Below, piece after piece: positions 56,564 through 59,889 of a DNA stretch of 59,889 bases. The notes under the pieces are model-generated. The model was not told the origin of the DNA and made no database searches. It was given only the letters and a program-made list of their open reading frames with translations. The DNA is from an uncultured Candidatus Bathyarchaeia archaeon (GTDB taxonomy: Archaea; Thermoproteota; Bathyarchaeia; 40CM-2-53-6): NCBI GenBank assembly GCA_964549795.1, contig CAZJVZ010000001.1, positions 1 through 59,889 on the forward strand. Reading direction: 5' to 3'. Positions within the stretch are counted from its first letter, which is position 1. The number at the start of each line of letters is the position of its first letter. The position numbers and the translations under genes were made by a program.

Positions 56564-57952
56564 ATGGGTTCCATTCTGATTGAGCATGGAGTCGTTGTCA
56601 CCCTAGACTCTCGTCTGAGAGTGATTCGCGACGGCGCCATCATGATCGAAGGTCCACACATAACCGACCTAGGCAAGACGGACGACCTTCATCGAAAGCA
56701 TTCTCCCGAGCGGACAATCGATGCGTCCAAGAAGCTAGTCATCCCAGGCCTCATCGATTGCCATGTACATCTCGCGCAGGCCATGATTCGAGGCTGTGCC
56801 GACGATGTATCGCTCCTTGACTGGCTCGGAAAGTACGTTTGGCCTCTGCAGGGCAACTATGACGAAGACGATGGAAGAGCCAGCGCCAAGCTGTGCATGC
56901 TGGAAATGATCAAGTCCGGAACAACCTCATTCGTCGAGGTAATGCTCCATACCAGGTACGGCTTTGACGGAATCGCCAAATCGCTTGAGGAATCGGGCAT
57001 GCGTGGCTTCCTCGCCAAGACAATCATGGACACTCCAGCATACGGAAGGAAACAGATGATGCATCATGGAATGATCGAGGACGGCGAGAAATCCCTCGCG
57101 GAAACAATCACCATGATCGACAGATGGAACGGCAAAGCCAACGGAAGAATAGGCGTCTGGTTCGGTCCGCGATCGCTCGGAGCCTGTAGCAAGGCCCTCT
57201 ATGAGAAGATCGCTGAAGAGGCTGCGAAGAGGAAAGCGGGTATCACCATGCACCTCTGCGAAGTCAAAGAAGATCTCAAGTATGCTAAGCGCAAATTCAG
57301 GAGGAGTCCCGTTGCCTTCGCGAATGATGTTGGACTCCTTACTCCCAGAACTGTTCTTGCTCATGCGATCTGGCTTACCGATCGCGATATGGCAACACTC
57401 AGCAAGACGCGCACAAACATCGCTCATTGTCCATCCTCCAACACGAAGCTTGCTTCAGGAATAGCGCACGTTCCAGAGATGCTCAAGAAGGGCGTGAACG
57501 TGGGCCTCGGATGCGACGGAGGCCCAAGCAACAACAGCTACGACATGATCAGAGAGATGAAGCTGGCGGCGTACCTACACAAGGTTAGGCTAAGGGACCC
57601 CATGACGATGCCTGCGGAGAAGATCCTCGAGATGGCGACAGTCGGAGGAGCACGAGCTATAGGCATGCAAGACAAGCTCGGCACGTTGGAACCGGGCAAA
57701 TTCGCAGACATCGTCCTCGTGAACTTGGACAGCGTCCACATGGTACCGAATAACAACCACATCTCAGACCTCGTCTATGCAGGAAGCGGACCCGACGTGG
57801 ACACGGTCATCATTGACGGACGGATAGTCATGGAACAACGAAACATGAAGACCCTAAACGAGCGCCAGATTGTCGACGAAGCCCGCGAGAGAGCAACTGC
57901 GCTTATTGACAGAACTGGCTTGAAACCCACGACACTGTCGAATTACTGCTAA
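56564..57952 (+). CDS. Amidohydrolase, MtaD/DadD-like nucleoside (5'-methylthioadenosine/S-adenosylhomocysteine/5'-deoxyadenosine) deaminase family
   Basis: 462 aa. PGLIDCHVHLAQ, MHLCE, LAHAIWL, LGCDG motifs of the TRZ/ATZ-type deaminases. Confidence 0.8.
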   Translation: MGSILIEHGVVVTLDSRLRVIRDGAIMIEGPHITDLGKTDDLHRKHSPERTIDASKKLVIPGLIDCHVHLAQAMIRGCADDVSLLDWLGKYVWPLQGNYDEDDGRASAKLCMLEMIKSGTTSFVEVMLHTRYGFDGIAKSLEESGMRGFLAKTIMDTPAYGRKQMMHHGMIEDGEKSLAETITMIDRWNGKANGRIGVWFGPRSLGACSKALYEKIAEEAAKRKAGITMHLCEVKEDLKYAKRKFRRSPVAFANDVGLLTPRTVLAHAIWLTDRDMATLSKTRTNIAHCPSSNTKLASGIAHVPEMLKKGVNVGLGCDGGPSNNSYDMIREMKLAAYLHKVRLRDPMTMPAEKILEMATVGGARAIGMQDKLGTLEPGKFADIVLVNLDSVHMVPNNNHISDLVYAGSGPDVDTVIIDGRIVMEQRNMKTLNERQIVDEARERATALIDRTGLKPTTLSNYC

Positions 57953-58050
57953 TCCCGCACCGCACATCGCCTTTCATAGACTTGTGCAAGTCAGCGCCTT
58001 AGGTGTCTACTTTAATATTGGAACCTCCGAAATAGGGAAGGTAATCATCG

Positions 58051-59487
58051 TTGCCCGTCCCAATCAGAGACGCACTCACTTTTGACGATGTTCTACTGGT
58101 TCCGAAACGTAGCCCGGTTCGTTCAAGAAGAGATGTGGACCTGTCAACGAATCTCAGTAGGAACATCAAGCTCAACATTCCAATCGTCAGCGCGAACATG
58201 GACACCGTCACCGAGTCGGCCATGGCCATCTCGATGGCCCACAACGGCGGAATAGGGATCATCCACCGCTTCATGCCCGTCGAGCGCCAGGTCGAGGAGG
58301 TACGGAAGGTCAAGCGGGCCGAGAGCGTGATCATAGAACATCCGTACACAACCGGGCCAAATGCAACCATGGCTGATGCGAAGAGAATGATGCAGGAAAA
58401 GGGAATCAACGGACTACTAGTGGTCGACATCAAAGGAAAACTGCTCGGCATTCTCACGGCCCGGGATTTGCTCTTCGAGGATAATGAATCAAGAAGAGTC
58501 TCCGAGCTCATGACACCAACGGAGAAACTACACACAGCGAGAACAGGGGCCTCGGTCGACGACGCAAGACAGCTGTTGCGCAAGTACAAGATTGAGAAGG
58601 TGCCCCTCGTCGATGAAGAGGGATACCTCCGCGGTCTGATCACGAGCAAAGACATGGTGACTCTTGCCGAAAGACCCCAAGCATGCAAGGACCCGAAGGG
58701 TCAGCTCATCGTCGGAGCCGCGGTCGGAATAAGAGAGGGGTACCTGGATAGAGCTCGCGCGCTCGTCGGCGCAGGCGTTGACGTCATCGTAGTTGACGTT
58801 GCCCATGGGCATTCTGAATGGGTTCTCGAAGTGGTTCGGAAACTCAAGAAGGACCTCAGCGGGGTTAGCGTGGTCGCAGGAAACGTCGCCACTCCAGAGG
58901 GAACCAAGGACCTGATCGCCGCTGGGGCGGATGCGGTGAAGGTTGGAATCGGATCAGGCTCCATATGCATAACCAGAATCGTCACTGGTTCAGGCGTTCC
59001 ACAGCTGACAGCGGTCATGGAATGCGCTGAAGCTGCAAGAGCGCTCAATGTTCCTGTGATCGCCGATGGTGGAATCCGGAACTCGGGAGACATCACCAAG
59101 GCGCTGGCGGCCGGCGCATCGAGTGTAATGATCGGGAGCATGCTAGCGGGCACAGATGAAAGCCCGGGAGTCACGGTCATGCGAAACGGTAGGAAGTACA
59201 AGCTTCACAGAGGAATGGCGTCTGTCGGCGCTTCCATGAAGCGTGGGACTCCCGAAAGCGAAGACGACTCCGCGCTCTTGGATTACGTCGCTGAGGGCAT
59301 CGAGGCATTTGTTCCCTACAGAGGGAACTCCCACGAAATAGTCGCGCAGCTAGTGGGCGGCATCCGTTCGGGTCTAAGTTACTGCGGCGCAAGAACACTC
59401 GCCGAACTACAACAGAATGCATCGTTCGTGCGCTTGACTCAAGCAGCGCTCAGTGAGAGCTATCCACATGATGTCGAGAGTATCTAG
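58051..59487 (+). CDS. guaB: IMP dehydrogenase
   Basis: 478 aa, TTG start. [10 protein letters not shown], internal CBS pair, catalytic loop [20 protein letters not shown]. Confidence 0.95.
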   Translation: MPVPIRDALTFDDVLLVPKRSPVRSRRDVDLSTNLSRNIKLNIPIVSANMDTVTESAMAISMAHNGGIGIIHRFMPVERQVEEVRKVKRAESVIIEHPYTTGPNATMADAKRMMQEKGINGLLVVDIKGKLLGILTARDLLFEDNESRRVSELMTPTEKLHTARTGASVDDARQLLRKYKIEKVPLVDEEGYLRGLITSKDMVTLAERPQACKDPKGQLIVGAAVGIREGYLDRARALVGAGVDVIVVDVAHGHSEWVLEVVRKLKKDLSGVSVVAGNVATPEGTKDLIAAGADAVKVGIGSGSICITRIVTGSGVPQLTAVMECAEAARALNVPVIADGGIRNSGDITKALAAGASSVMIGSMLAGTDESPGVTVMRNGRKYKLHRGMASVGASMKRGTPESEDDSALLDYVAEGIEAFVPYRGNSHEIVAQLVGGIRSGLSYCGARTLAELQQNASFVRLTQAALSESYPHDVESI

Positions 59488-59669
59488 CCCACGCGCATCG
59501 TGAGAGGGGTCCGAGACGAGAGATCTTGGTCAGCAGAGTGTGCTATGTCGACCTGGAATAGGCCGAGGGACATTGACATATTCGTGTTCATGAACTCGTC
59601 CCCGGCAAATCTTTTATACAAAAACCTGTCACCCTATCCCTTACAGTTCCTCAGTTTGGTTGAAGAAAC

Positions 59670-59889
59670 ATGAGTAATCAGTCGAAAAACATGAAGACAA
59701 TCGCGGCAGTGGCAGTAATCATCATAGTCGTCATCGCCGCCGCAGCCTACTACTTCACACAGACGCCAACGGGGCCAAGCCAGACAACCACTGAACAAAT
59801 CAAGATCGCAATGATCCTTCCTGGCAGAATAGATGACTTGGCTTGGAATCAGGCAGGCTACAACTCCTTCACCGACTTGCTGACAGAAT
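59670..59889 (+). CDS. BMP-family (PnrA/Med-like) ABC substrate-binding protein, 5' partial
   Basis: Open to the window end. N-terminal TM/signal anchor, then KIAMILPGRIDDLAWNQAGYNSF, typical of basic-membrane-protein nucleoside-binding proteins. Confidence 0.65.
   Translation, partial: MSNQSKNMKTIAAVAVIIIVVIAAAAYYFTQTPTGPSQTTTEQIKIAMILPGRIDDLAWNQAGYNSFTDLLTE

Noticed and set aside
57999-58688. 229-aa ORF antisense to guaB
   Set aside because: It fully overlaps an unmistakable IMP dehydrogenase. Its composition is S/R/L-rich with no motifs.

Overview
Archaeal chromosomal window. Archaeal markers are the PolD small subunit DP1, a RIO kinase, AbrB-PhoU, DUF99, an MtrH-like methyltransferase, an LLM/F420-type oxidoreductase and a tRNA with bulge-helix-bulge introns. 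GTG/TTG starts and overlapping stop/start junctions are frequent. PolD together with a multi-intron tRNA suggests a TACK-related or Bathyarchaeia-like lineage, which is inference only. I call about 58 protein genes, one tRNA-Ser(CGA) with two predicted introns, and no rRNA, CRISPR array, transposase or integrase. The dominant feature is a roughly 15.6-kb molybdenum-hydroxylase (xanthine-dehydrogenase family) island at 10.9-26.5 kb. On the + strand it has a cyclic amidohydrolase, a MocA-like cytidylyltransferase, XdhC and a DUF3788-like gene, divergent from an SsnA-like aminohydrolase. These converge on one long minus-strand array. That array holds two diverged complete FeS/FAD/Mo subunit sets, each with an embedded, translationally coupled MoaD/ThiS-type ubiquitin-like gene. 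The array continues into an MtrH-like methyltransferase, an orphan 188-aa ORF and an MFS transporter. I regard the ubiquitin-like-plus-hydroxylase-plus-MtrH arrangement as the best candidate for an undescribed system. Other notable items: an 839-aa HerA/FtsK-like ATPase with a long coiled-coil tail next to a GNAT; a roughly 1-kb ORF-free region with hairpins and degenerate tandem repeats; a GyrI-like gene interrupted by an in-frame TAG; a possible SD-sequestering leader upstream of a queT-like transporter; a 17-residue-periodic bactofilin-like beta-helix protein; a 12S/5S/1.3S transcarboxylase-type cluster; and a purine module (MtaD-like deaminase, guaB, BMP-family binding protein) at the 3' end. 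All functional calls come from motif recognition by eye. No database search was run.
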